A DNA stretch of 64,000 nucleotides from Centroscyllium fabricii (lineage: Eukaryota): positions 1,240,001 to 1,304,000 of the forward strand of contig JBNRSN020000118.1 of NCBI GenBank assembly GCA_051313645.2, written 5' to 3'. Below are positions 41,201-55,700 of the stretch, piece by piece. The translations under genes and the position numbers were made by a program. The notes under the pieces are model-generated. The model did no database searches and was not told the origin of the DNA. It worked only from the letters and a program-made list of their open reading frames with translations. Each line of letters begins with the position of its first letter. The first letter of the stretch is position 1.

Positions 41201-43430
41201 GTTGTGGTGCACAATGTACAGATGTTCATCATGTTTTGGTGCACACTGTACAGATGTTCATCATGTTGTGGTGCACACTGTACAGATGTTCATCATGTTG
41301 TGGTGCACATTGTTCAGATATTCATCATGTTGTGGTGCACACTGTACAGATGTTCATCATGTTGTGGTGCACAATGTACAGATGTTCATCATGTTGTGGT
41401 GCACAATGTACAGATATTCATCTTGTTGTGGTGCACACTGTACAGATGTTCTTCATGTTGTGGTGCACACTGTACAGATGTTCATCATGTTGTGGTGCAC
41501 ACTGTACAGATGTTCATCATGTTGTGGTGCACACTGTACAGATGTTCGTCATGTTGTGGTGAAAACTGTACAGATGTTCATCATGTTGTGGTGCACACTG
41601 TACAGATGTTCATCTTTTTGTGGTGCACACTGTACAGATGTTCATCTTGTTGTGGTGCACACTGTACAGATGTTCATCTTGTTGTGGTGCACACTGTACA
41701 GATGTTCATCATGTTGCGGTGCACACTGTACAGATGTACAACGTGTTGTGGTGCACACTGTACAGATGTTCATCTTGTTGTAGTGCACAATGTACAGATG
41801 TCCATCCTGTTATGGTGCACACTGTACAGATGTTCATCATGTTGTGCGGCACACTGTACAGATATTCATCATGTTGTGGTGCACACTGTACAGATGTTCA
41901 TCTTGTTGTGGTGCACCCTGTACAAATGTTCATCATGTTGTGGTGCACACTGTACAGATGTTCATCATGTTGTGGTGCACACTGTACAGATGTTCATCAT
42001 GTTGTGGTGCACACTGTACAGATGTTCATCATGTTGTGGTGCGCACTGTACAGATGTTCATCATGTTGTCGTGCAGACTGTACAGATGTTCATCATGTTG
42101 TGGTGCACACGGTACAGATGTTCATCATGTTGTGGTGCACAATGTACAGATGTTCATCTTGTTGTGGTGCACAATGTACAGATGTTCATCATGTTGTGGT
42201 GCACACTGTACAGATGTTCAGCATGTTGTGGTGCACACTGTACAGATGTTAATCTTGTTGTGGTGCACACTGTACAGATGTTCATCTTTTTGTGTTGCGC
42301 ACTGTACAGATGTTCATCATGTTGTGGTGCATACTGTACAGCTGTACATCTTGTTGTGGTGCACACTGTACAGATGTTCATCATGTTGTGGTGCACACTT
42401 TACAGATGTTCATCATGCTGTTGTGCACACTGTACAGATGCTCATCTTGTTGTGGTGCAAACTGTACAGATGTTCATCATGTTGTGGTACACACTGTACA
42501 CATGTTCATCATGTTGTTGTGCACACTGTACAGATGTTCATCTTGTTGTGGTGCACACTGAACAGATGTGCATCATGTTGTGGTGCACACTGTACAGATG
42601 TTCATCATGTTGTGGTACACACTGTACAGATGTTCATCATGTTGTGGTGCACAATGTACAGATGTTCATCATGTTGTGGTGCACACTGTACAAATGTTCA
42701 TCTTATTGTGTTGCACACTGTACAGATGTTCATCTTGTTGTGGTGCACACTGTACAGATGTTCATCATGTTGTGGTGCACACTGTACAGATGTTCATCTT
42801 GTTGTGGTGCACACTGTACAGATGTTCATCTTGTTGTGGTGCACACTGTACAGATGTTCATCATATTGTTGTGCACACTGTACAGATGTTCATCGTGTTG
42901 TGGTGAACACTGTACAGATGTTCATCATGTTGTGGTGCACACTGTACAGATGTTCATCATGTTTTGGTGCACACTGTACAGATGTTCATCATGTTGTGGT
43001 GCACACTGTACAGATGTTCATCATGTTGTGGTGCACATTGTTCAGATATTCATCATGTTGTGGTGCACACTGTACAGATGTTCATCATGTTGTGGTGCAC
43101 AATGTACAGATGTTCATCATGTTGTGGTGCACAATGTACAGATATTCATCTTGTTGTGGTGCACACTGTACAGATGGTCTTCCTGTTGTGGTGCTCACTG
43201 TACAGATGTTCATCATGTTGTGGTGCACACTGTACAGATGTTCATCATGTTGTGGTGCACATTTTACAGATGTTCGTCATGTTGTGGTGGAAACTGTACA
43301 GATGTTCATCATGTTGTGGTGCACACTGTACAGATGTTCATCTTTTTGTGGTGCACACTGTACAGATGTTCATCTTGTTGTGGTGCACACTGTACAGATG
43401 TTCATCTTGTTGTGGTGCACACTGTACAGA
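38225..43430. repeat. Higher-order repeat of 54 monomers (1,728 bp), 3 tandem copies
   Basis: ORF starts 38334/40062/41790, 38836/40564/42292 and 39508/41236/42964 are each 1,728 = 54 x 32 apart. Shared rare variants include GCACCCTGTACAAAT, TGTGTTGCGCAC and TACACATG. Confidence 0.94.
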
Positions 43431-45124
43431 TGTTAATCTTGTTGTGGTGCACACTGTACAGATGTTCATCTTTTTGTGGTGAACACTGTACAGATGTTCT
43501 TCATGTTGTGGTGCACACTGTACAGATGTTGATCTTGTTGTGGTGCACACTGTACAGATGTTAATCTTGTTGTGGTGCACACTGTACAGATGTTCATCTT
43601 TTTGTGGTGCATATTGTACAGATATTCCTCATGTTGTGGTGCACACTGTACAGATGTTGATCTTGTTGTGGTGCACACTGTACAGATGTTAATCTTGTTG
43701 TGGTGCACACTGTACACATGTTCATCCTGTTGTGGTGCACACTGTACAGATGTTCATCATGTTGCGGTGCACACTGTACAGATGTACAACGTGTTGTGGT
43801 GCACACTGTACAGATGTTCATCTTGTTGTAGTGCACAATGTACAGATGTCCATCCTGTTATGGTGCACACTGTACAGATGTTCATCATGTTGTGCGGCAC
43901 ACTGTACAGATATTCATCATGTTGTGGTGCACACTGTACAGATGTTCATCTTGTTGTGGTGCACACTGTACAAATGTTCATCATGTTGTGATGCACACTG
44001 TACAGATGTTCATCATGTTGTGGTGCACACTGTACAGATGTTCATCATGTTGTGGTGCACACTGTACAGATGTTCATCATGTTGTGGTGCGCACTGTACA
44101 GATGTTCATCATGTTGTCGTGCAGACTGTACAGATGTTCATCATGTTGTGGTGCACACGGTACAGATGTTCATCATGTTGTGGTGCACAATGTACAGATG
44201 TTCATCTTGTAGTGGTGCACAATGTACAGATGTTCATCATGTTGTGGTGCACACTGTACAGATGTTCAGCATGTTGTGGTGCACACTGTACAGATGTTAA
44301 TCTTGTTGTGGTGCACACTGTACAGATGTTCATCTTTTTGTGTTGCGCACTGTACAGATGTTCATCATGTTGTGGTGCATACTGTACAGATGTACATCTT
44401 GTTGTGGTGCACACTGTACAGATGTTCATCATGTTGTGGTGCACACTTTACAGATGTTCATCATGCTGTTGTGCACACTGTACAGATGCTCATCTTGTTG
44501 TGGTGCAAACTGTACAGATGTTCATCATGTTGTGGTACACACTGTACAGATGTTCATCATGTTGTGGTGCACACTGTACAGATGTTCATCTTGTTGTGGT
44601 GCACACTGAACAGATGTGCATCATGTTGTGGTGCACACTGTACAGATGTTCATCATGTTGTGGTACACACTGTACAGATGTTCATCCTGTTGTGGTGCAC
44701 AATGTACAGATGTTCATCATGTTGTGGTGCACACTGTACAAATGTTCATCTTATTGTGTTGCACACTGTACAGATGTTCATCTTGTTGTGGTGCACACTG
44801 TACAGATGTTCATCATGTTGTGGTGCACACTGTACAGATGTTCATCTTGTTGTGGTGCACACTGTACAGATGTTCATCTTGTTGTGGTGCACACTGTACA
44901 GATGTTCATCATATTGTGGTGCACACTGTACAGATGTTCATCGTGTTGTGGTGAACACTGTACAGATGTTCATCATGTTGTGGTGCACACTGTACAGATG
45001 TTCATCATGTTTTGGTGCACACTGTACAGATGTTCATCGTGTTGTGGTGCACAATGTACAGATGTTCATCATGTTGTGGTGCACATTGTTCAGATATTCA
45101 TCATGTTGTGGTGCACACTGTACA

Positions 45125-46985
45125 GATGTTCATCATGTTGTGGTGCACAATGTACAGATGTTCATCATGTTGTGGTGCACAATGTACAGATATTCATCTT
45201 GTTGTGGTGCACACTGTACAGATGTTCTTCATGTTGTGGTGCACACTGTACAGATGTTCATCATGTTGTGGTGCACACTGTATAGATGTTCATCATGTTG
45301 TGGTGCACACTGTACAGATGTTCGTCATGTTGTGGTGAAAACTGTACAGATGTTCATCATGTTGTGGTGCACACTGTACAGATGTTCATCTTTTTGTGGT
45401 GCACACTGTACAGATGTTCATCTTGTTGTGGTGCACACTGTACAGATGTTCATCTTGTTGTGGTGCACACTGTACAGATGTTAATCTTGTTGTGGTGCAC
45501 ACTGTACAGATGTTCATCTTTTTGTGGTGAACACTGTACAGATGTTCTTCATGTTGTGGTGCACACTGTACAGATGTTGATCTTGTTGTGGTGCACACTG
45601 TACAGATGTTAATCTTGTTTTGGTGCACACTGTACAGATGTTCATCCTGTTGTGGTGCACACTGTACAGATGTTCTTCATGTTGCGGTGCACACTGTACA
45701 GATGTACAACGTGTTGTGGTGCACACTGTACAGATGTTCATCTTGTTGTAGTGCACAATGTACAGATGTCCATCCTGTTATGGTGCACACTGTACAGATG
45801 TTCATCATGTTGTGCGGCACACTGTACAGATATTCATCATGTTGTGGTGCACACTGTACAGATGTTGATCTTGTTGTGGTGCACACTGTACAAATGTTCA
45901 TCATGTTGTGGTGCACACTGTACAGATGTTCATCATGTTGTGGTGCCCACTGTACAGATGTTCATCATGTTGTGGTGCACACTGTACAGATGTTCATCAT
46001 GTTGTGGTGCGCACTGTACAGATGTTCATCATGCTGTGGTGCACACTCTACAGATGTTCATCATGTTGTGGTGCACAATGTACAGATGTTCATCATGTTG
46101 TGGTGCACAATGTACAGATATTCATCTTGTTGTGGTGCACACTGTACAGATGTTCTTCATGTTGTGGTGCACACTGTACAGATGTTCATCATGTTGTGGT
46201 GCACACTGTATAGATGTTCATCATGTTGTGGTGCACACTGTACAGATGTTCGTCATGTTGTGGTGAAAACTGTACAGATGTTCATCATGTTGTGGTGCAC
46301 ACTGTACAGATGTTCATCTTTTTGTGGTGCACACTGTACAGATGTTCATCTTGTTGTGGTGCACACTGTACAGATGTTCATCTTGTTGTGGTGCACACTG
46401 TACAGATGTTAATCTTGTTGTGGTGCACACTGTACAGATGTTCATCTTTTTGTGGTGAACACTGTACAGATGTTCTTCATGTTGTGGTGCACACTGTACA
46501 GATGTTGATCTTGTTGTGGTGCACACTGTACAGATGTTAATCTTGTTGTGGTGCACACTGTACAGATGTTCATCCTGTTGTGGTGCACACTGTACAGATG
46601 TTCATCATGTTGCGGTGCACACTGTACAGATGTACAACGTGTTGTGGTGCACACTGTACAGATGTTCATCTTGTTGTAGTGCACAATGTACAGATGTCCA
46701 TCCTGTTATGGTGCACACTGTACAGATGTTCATCATGTTGTGCGGCACACTGTACAGATATTCATCATGTTGTGGTGCACACTGTACAGATGTTGATCTT
46801 GTTGTGGTGCACACTGTACAAATGTTCATCATGTTGTGGAGCACACTGTACAGATGTTCATCATGTTGTGGTGCCCACTGTACAGATGTTCATCATGTTG
46901 TGGTGCACACTGTACAGATGTTCATCATGTTGTGGTGCGCACTGTACAGATGTTCATCATGCTGTGGTGCACACTCTACAGATGT
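45125..46985. repeat. Tandem duplication of 29 monomers (928 bp), 2 copies
   Basis: ORF offsets 45286/46214, 45588/46516, 45652/46580 and 45908/46836 equal 928 = 29 x 32. The GTGCCCAC and CACTCTAC variants are shared. Confidence 0.88.
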
Positions 46986-48835
46986 TCATCATGTTGTCGT
47001 GCAGAATGTACAGATGTTCATCATGTTCTGGTGCACACTGTACAGATGTTCATCATGTTGTGGGGCACAATGTACAGATGTTCATCTTGTTGTGTTGCAC
47101 AATGTACAGATGTTCATCATGTTGTGGTGCACACTGTACAGATGTTCAGCTTGTTGTGGTGCACACTGTACTGATGTTCATCTTGTTGTGGTGCACACTG
47201 TACAGATGTCCATCATGTTGTGGTGCACACTGTACAGCTGTACACCTTGTTGTGGTGCACACTGTACAGATGTTAATCTTGTTGTGGTGCACACTGTACA
47301 GATGTTCATCATGTTGTGGTGCACACTGTACAGATGTTCATCTTGTTGTGGTGCACACTGTACAGATGTTCATCATGTTGTGGTGCACACTGTACAGATT
47401 TTCATCATGTTGTGGTGCACACTGTACAGATGTTCATCATGTTGTGGTGCACACTGTACAGATGTTCATCATGTTCTGGTGCGCATTTTACAGATGTTCT
47501 TCATGTTGTGGTGCACACTGTACAGATGTTCATCATGTTGTGGTGCACACTGTATAGATGTTCATCATGTTGTGGTGCACACTGTACAGATGTTCGTCAT
47601 GTTGTGGTGAAAACTGTACAGATGTTCATCATGTTGTGGTGCACACTGTACAGATGTTCATCTTTTTGTGGTGCACACTGTACAGATGTTCATCTTGTTG
47701 TGGTGCACACTGTACAGATGTTCATCTTGTTGTGGTGCACACTGTACAGATGTTAATCTTGTTGTGGTGCACACTGTACAGATGTTCATCTTTTTGTGGT
47801 GAACACTGTACAGATGTTCTTCATGTTGTGGTGCACACTGTACAGATGTTGATCTTGTTGTGGTGCACACTGTACAGATGTTAATCTTGTTGTGGTGCAC
47901 ACTGTACAGATGTTCATCCTGTTGTGGTGCACACTGTACAGATGTTCATCATGTTGCGGTGCACACTGTACAGATGTACAACGTGTTGTGGTGCACACTG
48001 TACAGATGTTCATCTTGTTGTAGTGCACAATGTACAGATGTCCATCCTGTTATGGTGCACACTGTACAGATGTTCATCATGTTGTGCGGCACACTGTACA
48101 GATATTCATCATGTTGTGGTGAACACTGTACAGATGTTGATCTTGTTGTGGTGCACACTGTACAAATGTTCATCATGTTGTGGTGCACACTGTACAGATG
48201 TTCATCATGTTGTGGTGCCCACTGTACAGATGTTCATCATGTTGTGGTGCACACTGTACAGATGTTCATCATGTTGTGGTGCGCAATGTACAGATGTTCA
48301 TCATGCTGTGGTGCACACTCTACAGATGTTCATCATGTTGTCGTGCAGAATGTACAGATGTTCATCATGTTCTGGTGCACACTGTACAGATGTTCATCAT
48401 GTTGTGGGGCACAATGTACAGATGTTCATCTTGTTGTGGTGCACAATGTACAGATGTTCATCATGTTGTGGTGCACACTGTACAGATGTTCAGCTTGTTG
48501 TGGTGCACACTGTACTGATGTTCATCTTGTTGTGGTGCACACTGTACAGATGTCCATCATGTTGTGGTGCACACTGTACAGCTGTACACCTTGTTGTGGT
48601 GCACACTGTACAGATGTTAATCTTGTTGTGGTGCACACTGTACAGATGTTCATCATGTTGTGGTGCACACTGTACAGATGTTCATCTTGTTGTGGTGCAC
48701 ACTGTACAGATGTTCATCATGTTGTGGTGCACACTGTACAGATTTTCATCATGTTGTGGTGCACACTGTACAGATGTTCATCATGTTGTGGTGCACACTG
48801 TACAGATGTTCATCATGTTCTGGTGCGCATTTTAC
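46145..48835. repeat. Tandem duplication of 42 monomers (1,344 bp), 2 copies, overlapping the 928-bp duplication
   Basis: ORF offsets 46214/47558, 46516/47860, 46580/47924 and 47316/48660 equal 1,344 = 42 x 32. The GCAGAATG, CAGCTGTACACC and GCGCATTTTA variants are shared. Confidence 0.88.
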
Positions 48836-51800
48836 AGATGTTCATCATGCTGTGGTGCACACTGTACAGATTTTCATCATGTTGTCGTGCAGACTGAACA
48901 GATGTTCATCATGTTTTGGTGCACACTGTACAGATGTTCAGCATGTTGTGGTGCACACTGTACTGATGTTCATCTTGTTGTGGTGCACATTGTACAGATG
49001 TCCATCATGTGGTGGTGCACACTGTACAGATGTTCATCTTGTTGTGGTGCACACTGTACAGATGTTAATCTTGTTGTGGTGCACACTGTACAGATGTTCA
49101 TCTTTTTGTGGTGCACCGTGTACAGATGTTCATCATGTTGTGGTGCACACTGTACAGATGTTCCTCATGTTGTCGTGCACAATTTTCAGATGATAATCTT
49201 GTTGTGGTGCACACTGTACAGATGTTAATCTTGTTGTGGTGCACACTGTACAGATGTTCATCCTGTTGTGGTGCACACTGTACAGATGTTCATCATGTTG
49301 CGGTGCACACTGTACAGATGTTCAGCATGTTGTTGTGCACAATGTACAGATGTTCATCTTGTTGTGGTGCACACAGTACATATGTTCATCATGTTGAGGT
49401 GCACACTGTACAGATGTTCAGCATGTTGTGGTGCACACTGTACTGATGTTCATCTTGTTGTGGTGCACACTGTACAGATGTCCATCATGTTGTGGTGCAC
49501 ACTGTACAGATGTTCAACTTATTGTGGTGCACACTGTACGGATGTTAATCTTTTTGTGGTGCACACTGTACAGATGTTCATCTTTTTGTGGTGCACACTG
49601 TACAGATGTTCATCATGTCGTGGTGCACACTGTACAGATGTTTCTCATGTTGTGGTGCACACTGTGCAGATGTTGATCTTGTTGTAGTGCACAATGTACA
49701 GATGTTAATCTTGTTGTGGTGCACACTGTACAGATGTTCATCCTGTTGTGGTGCACACTGTACAGATGTTCATCATGTTGCGGTGCACACTGTACAGATG
49801 TACAACGTGTTGTGGTGCACACTGTACAGATGTTCATCTTGTTGTAGTGCACAATGTACAGATGTCCATCCTGTTATGGTGCACACTGTACAGATGTGCA
49901 TCATGTTGTGGTGCACACTATACAGATGTTCATCATGTTGTGGTGCACACTGTACAGATGTTCAACTTGTTGTAGTGCACACTGTACAGATGTTCATCAT
50001 GTTGTGGTGCACACTGCATAGTTGTCCATCATGTTGTGTTGCACACTGTATAGATGTTCAACATGTTGTGGTGCACACTGTAAAGATGTTCATCTTGTTG
50101 TGGTGCACAATGTACAGATGTTCATCTTGTTGTGGTGCACACTGTGCAGATGTTCATCATGTTGTGGTGCACACTGTACAGATGTTCATCTTGTTGTAGT
50201 GCACACTGTACAGATGTTAATCTTGTTGTGGTGCACACTGTACAGATGTTCATCATGTTGTGGTGCACACTGTACAGATGTTCATTATGTTGTGGTGCAC
50301 ACTGTACAGATGTTCGTCTTGTTGTGGTGCCACTGTACAGATGTTCATCGTGTTGTGGTGCACACTGTACAGATGTTCATCATGTTGTGGTGCACACTGT
50401 ACAGATGTTCATCTTGTTGTGGTGCACACTGTACAGATGTTCATCATGTTGTGGTGCACACTGTACAGATTTTCATAATGTTGTGGTGCACACTGTTTGA
50501 TGTTCATCATGTTGTGGTTCACTCTGTACAGATGTCCATCATGTTGTGGTGCGCACTGTACAGATGTTCATCATGCTGTGGTGCACACTGTACAGATGTT
50601 CATCATGTTGTCGTGCAGACTGAACAGATGTTCATCATGTTTTGGTGCACACTGTACAGATGTTAATCTTGTTGTGGTGCACACTGTACAAATGTTCATC
50701 TTTTTGTGGTGCACACTGTACAGATGTTCATCATGTTGTGGCGCACACTGTACAGATGTTCCTCATGTTGTCGTGCACACCTTACGGATGATAATCTTGT
50801 TGTGGTGCACACTACAGATGTTAATCTTGTTGTGGTGCACACTGTACAGATGTTCATCCTGTTGTGGTGCACATTGTACAGATGTTCATCATGTTGCGGT
50901 GCACACTGTACAGATGTTCATCTTGTTGTGCTGCACACTGTACAGATGTTCATCATGTTGTGGTGCCCACTGTCCAGATTTTCACCATGTTGTGGTGCAC
51001 ACTGAACAGATGTTCATCCTGTTGTGGTGCACACTGTACAGATGTTCATCATGTTGTGGTGCGCACTGTACAGATGTTCATCATGCTGTGGTGCACACTG
51101 TACAAATGTTCATCATGTTGTCGTGCAGACTGTACAGATGTTCATCATGTTGTGGTGCACACTGTACAGATGTTCATCATGTTGTTGTGCACAATGTACA
51201 GATGTTCATCTTGTTGTGGTGCACACAGTACATATGTTCATCATGTTGAGGTGCACACTGTACAGATGTTCAGCATGTTGTGGTGCACACTGTACTGATG
51301 TTCATCATGTTGTGGTGCACACTGTACAGATGGCCATCATGTTGTGGTGCACACTGTAGAGATGTTCATCTTGTTGTGGTGCACATTGTACAGATGTTAA
51401 TCTTGTTGTGGTGCACACTGTACAGATGTTCATCTTTTAGTGGTGCACACTGTACAGATGTTCATCATGTTGTGGTGCACACTGTACAGATGTTCGTCAT
51501 GTTGTGCTGCACACTGTACAGATGTTGAACTTGTTGTGGTGCACACTGTACAGATGTTAATCTTGTTGTGGTGCACACTGTACAGATGTTCATCCTGTTG
51601 TGGTGCACACTGTACAGATGTTCATCATGTTGCGGTGCACACTGTACAGATGTACAACGTGTTGTGGTGCACACTGTACAGATGTTCATCTTGTTGTGGT
51701 GCACACTGTACAGATGTTAATCTTGTTGGGGTGCACACTGTACAGATGTTAATCTTGTTGGGGTGCACACTGTCCAGATGTTCATCTTTTTGTGGTGCAC

Positions 51801-52764
51801 ACTGTACAGATGATCATCATGTTGTGGTGAACACTGTACAAATGTTCCTCATGTTGTGGTGCACACTGTACAGATGTTCATCTTGTTGTGGTGCACAATC
51901 TGCAGATGTTCATCCTGCTGTGGTGCACACTGTAGAGATGTTCATCATGCTGCGGTGCACACTGTACAGATGTTCAACTTTTTGTGGAGCCCACTGTACA
52001 GATGTTCATCTTGTTGTAGTGCACACTTTACAGGTGTCCATCCTGTTATGGTGCACACTGTACACATGTTCATCATGTTGTGGTGCACACTGTAAAGATG
52101 TTAATCTTGTTGTAATGCACACTGTACAGATGTTCATCATGTTGTGGTGCACACTGTATAGATGTCCATCATGTTGTTGTGCACAATGTACAGCTGTTCA
52201 TCATGTTGTGTTGCACACTGTACAGATGTTCATCATGTTGTGGTGCACACTGTAAAGATGTTCTTCTTGTTGTGGTGCACACTGTACAGATGTTCATCTT
52301 GTTGTGGTGCACACTGTACAGATTTTCATCATGTTGTGGTGCGCACTGTACAGATGTTCATCTTGTTGTGGTGCACACTGTACAGATGTACATCTTGTTG
52401 TGGTGCACAGTGTACAGATGTTCATCATGTTGTGGTGCACACTGTACAGATTTTCATCTTTGTTGTGGTGCCACTGTATAGATGTTCATCGTGTTGTGGT
52501 GCACACTGTACAGATGTTCATCATGTTGTGGTGCACACTGTACAGATGTTCCTCATGTTGTGGTGCACAATGTACAGATTTTCATCTTGTTGTGGTGCAC
52601 ACTGTACAGCTGTTCATCATGTTGTGGTGCACACTGTGCAGATTTTATGTTGTGGTGCACACTGTACAGATGTTCCTCATGTTGTGGTGCACACTGTACA
52701 AATGTTCATCTTGTTGTGGTGCACACTGTACAGATGTTCATCATGTTGTGGTGCACACAGTACA

Positions 52765-55700
52765 GATGTGCATCATGTTGTGGTGCACACTGTACAGATG
52801 CTCATCATGTTGTGGTGCACACTGTACAGATGTTCATCATGTTGTGGTGCACACTGTACAGATGTTCATCTTTTTGTGGTGCACAATGTACAGATTTTCG
52901 TCATGTTCTGGTGCACATTGTACAGATGTTCATCATGTTGTGGTGCACAATGTACAGATGTTCATCATGGTGTGGTGCACACTGTAGAGATGTTTCTCAT
53001 GTTGTGGTGCACACGGTACAGATATTCATCTTGTTGTGGTGTACACTGCACAGATGTTCATCTTGTTGTGGTGCACACTGTACAGATGTTAATCTTGTTG
53101 TGGTGCACACTGTCCAGATTTTCATCTTTTTGTGGTGCACACTGTTCAGATGTTCATCATGTTGTTGTGCACACTGTACAGATATTCCTCATGTTGTGGT
53201 GCACACTGTACAGATGTTAATCTTGTTGTGGTGCACAATGTACAGATGTTCATCTTTTTGTGGTGCACACTGTACAGATGTTAATCATGTTGTGGTGCAC
53301 ACTGTACAGATGTTCCTCATGTTGTGGTGCACATTTTACAGATGTTGATCTTGTTGTAGTGCACACTGTACAGATGTTAATCTTGTTGTGGTGCACACTG
53401 TACAGATGTTCATCCTGTTGTGGTGCACACTGTACAGATGTTCATCATGTTGCGGTGCACACTGTAAAGATGTACAACGTGTTGTGGTGCACACTGTACA
53501 GATGTTCATCTTGTTGTAGTGCACAATGTACAGATGTCCATCCTGTTATGGTGCACACTGTACAGATGTTCATCATGTTGTGGTGCACACTGTACAGATG
53601 TTCATCATGTTGTGGTGCACACTGTATAGATGTTCAACTTGTTGTAGTGCACACTGTACAGATGTTCTTCATGTTGTGGTGCACACTGCATAGTTGTCCA
53701 TCATGTTGTGTTGCACACTGTACAGATGTTCAACATGTTGTGGTGCACACGGTAAAAATGTTCATCTTGTTGTGGTGCACACTGTACAGATGTTCCTCTT
53801 GTTGTGGTGCACACTGTGCAGATGTTCATCATGTTGTGGTGCACACTGTACAGATGTTCATCTTGTTGAGGTGCTCACTGTACAGATGTTAATCTTGTTG
53901 TGGTGCATACTGTACAGATGTTCATTATGTTGCGGTGCACACTGTACAGATGTACATCTTGTTGTGGTGCCACTGTACAGATGTTCATCGTGTTGTGGTG
54001 CACACTGTACAGATGTTCATCATGTTGTGGTGCACACTGTACAGATGTTCATCTTGTTGTGGTGCACACTGTACAGATGTTCATCATGTTGTGGTGCACA
54101 CTGTACAGATTTTCATCATGTTGTTGTGCACACTGTACAGATGTTCATCATGTTGTGGTGCACACTGCACAGATGTTCATCATGTTGTGGTGCGCACTGT
54201 ACAGATGTTCATCATGCTGTGGTGCACACTGTACAGATGTTCATCATGTTGTCGTGCAGACTGAACAGATTTTCATCATGTTTTGTTGCACACTGTACAG
54301 ATGTTCAGCATGTTGTGGTGCACACTGTGCTCATGTTCCTCTTGTTGTGGTGCACACTGTACAGCTGACCATCATGTGGTGGTGCACACTGTACAGATGT
54401 TCATCTTGTTGTGGTGCACACTGTACAGATGTTAATCTTGTTGTGGCGCACACTGTACAGATGTTCATCTTTTTGTGGTGCACACTGTACAGATGTTCAT
54501 CATGTTGTGGTGCACACTGTACAGATGTTCCTCATGTTTTCGTGCAAACTTTACAGATGGTAATCTTGTTGTGGTGCACACTGTACATATGTTAATCTTG
54601 TTGTGGTGCACACTGTACAGATGTTCATCCTGTTGTGGTGCACACTGTACAGATGTTCATCATGTTGCGGTGCACACTGTACAGATGTTCATCTTGTTGT
54701 GGTGCACACTGTACAGATGTTCATCATGTTGTGGTGCACACTGTACAGATGTTCATCATGCTGTGGTGCGCACTGTACAGATGTTCATCATGCTGTGGTG
54801 CACACTGTACAGATGTTCATCATGTTGTCGTGCAGACTGTACTGATGTTCATCATGTTGTGGTGCACACTGTACAGATGTTCATCATGTTGTTGTGCACA
54901 ATGTACAGATGTTCATCTTTTTGTGGTGCACACAGTACATATGTTCATCATGTTGAGGTGCACGCTGTACAGATGTTCAGCATATTGTGGTGCACACTGT
55001 ACTGATGTTCATCTTGTTGTGGTGCACACTGTACAGATGTCCATCATGTTGTGGTGCACACAGTACAGATGTTCATCTTGTTGTGGTGCACATTGTACAG
55101 ATGTTAATCTTGTTGTGGTGCACACTGTACTGATGTTCATCTTTGTGTGGTGCACACTGTACAGATGTTCATCATGTTGTGGTGCACACTGTACAGATGT
55201 TCCTCATGTTGTGGTGCACACTGTACAGATGATGATCTTGTTGTGGTGCACACTGTACAGATGTTAATCTTGTTGTGGTGCACACTGTACAGATGTTCAT
55301 CCTGTTGTGGTGCACACTGTACAGATGTTCATCATGTTGAGGTGCACACTTTACAGATGTACAACGTGTTGTGGTGCACACTGTACAGATGTTCATCTTG
55401 TTGTAGTGCACAATGTACAGATGTCCATCCTGTTATGGTGCACACTGTACAGATGTTCATCATGTTGTGGTGCACACTGTACAGATGTTCATCATGTTGT
55501 GGTGCACACTGTACAGATGTTCAACTTGTTGTAGTGCACTCTGTACAGATGTTCATCATGTTGTGGTGCACACTGCATTGATGTCCATCATGTTGTGGTG
55601 CACACTGTACAGATGTTCATCATGTTGTGTTGCACACTGTACAGATGTTCATCATGTTGTGGTGCACACTTTAAAGATGTTCATCTTGTTGTGGTGCACA

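Noticed and set aside
38900-43564. 1,554-aa ORF as a real Cys/His-rich protein gene
   Set aside because: It is a pure translation of the satellite. Its length follows from the 1,728-bp unit being a multiple of 3, so stop-creating variants fall in the same other frames in all three copies. It has no unique domain, and the overlapping frames encode the same peptide.
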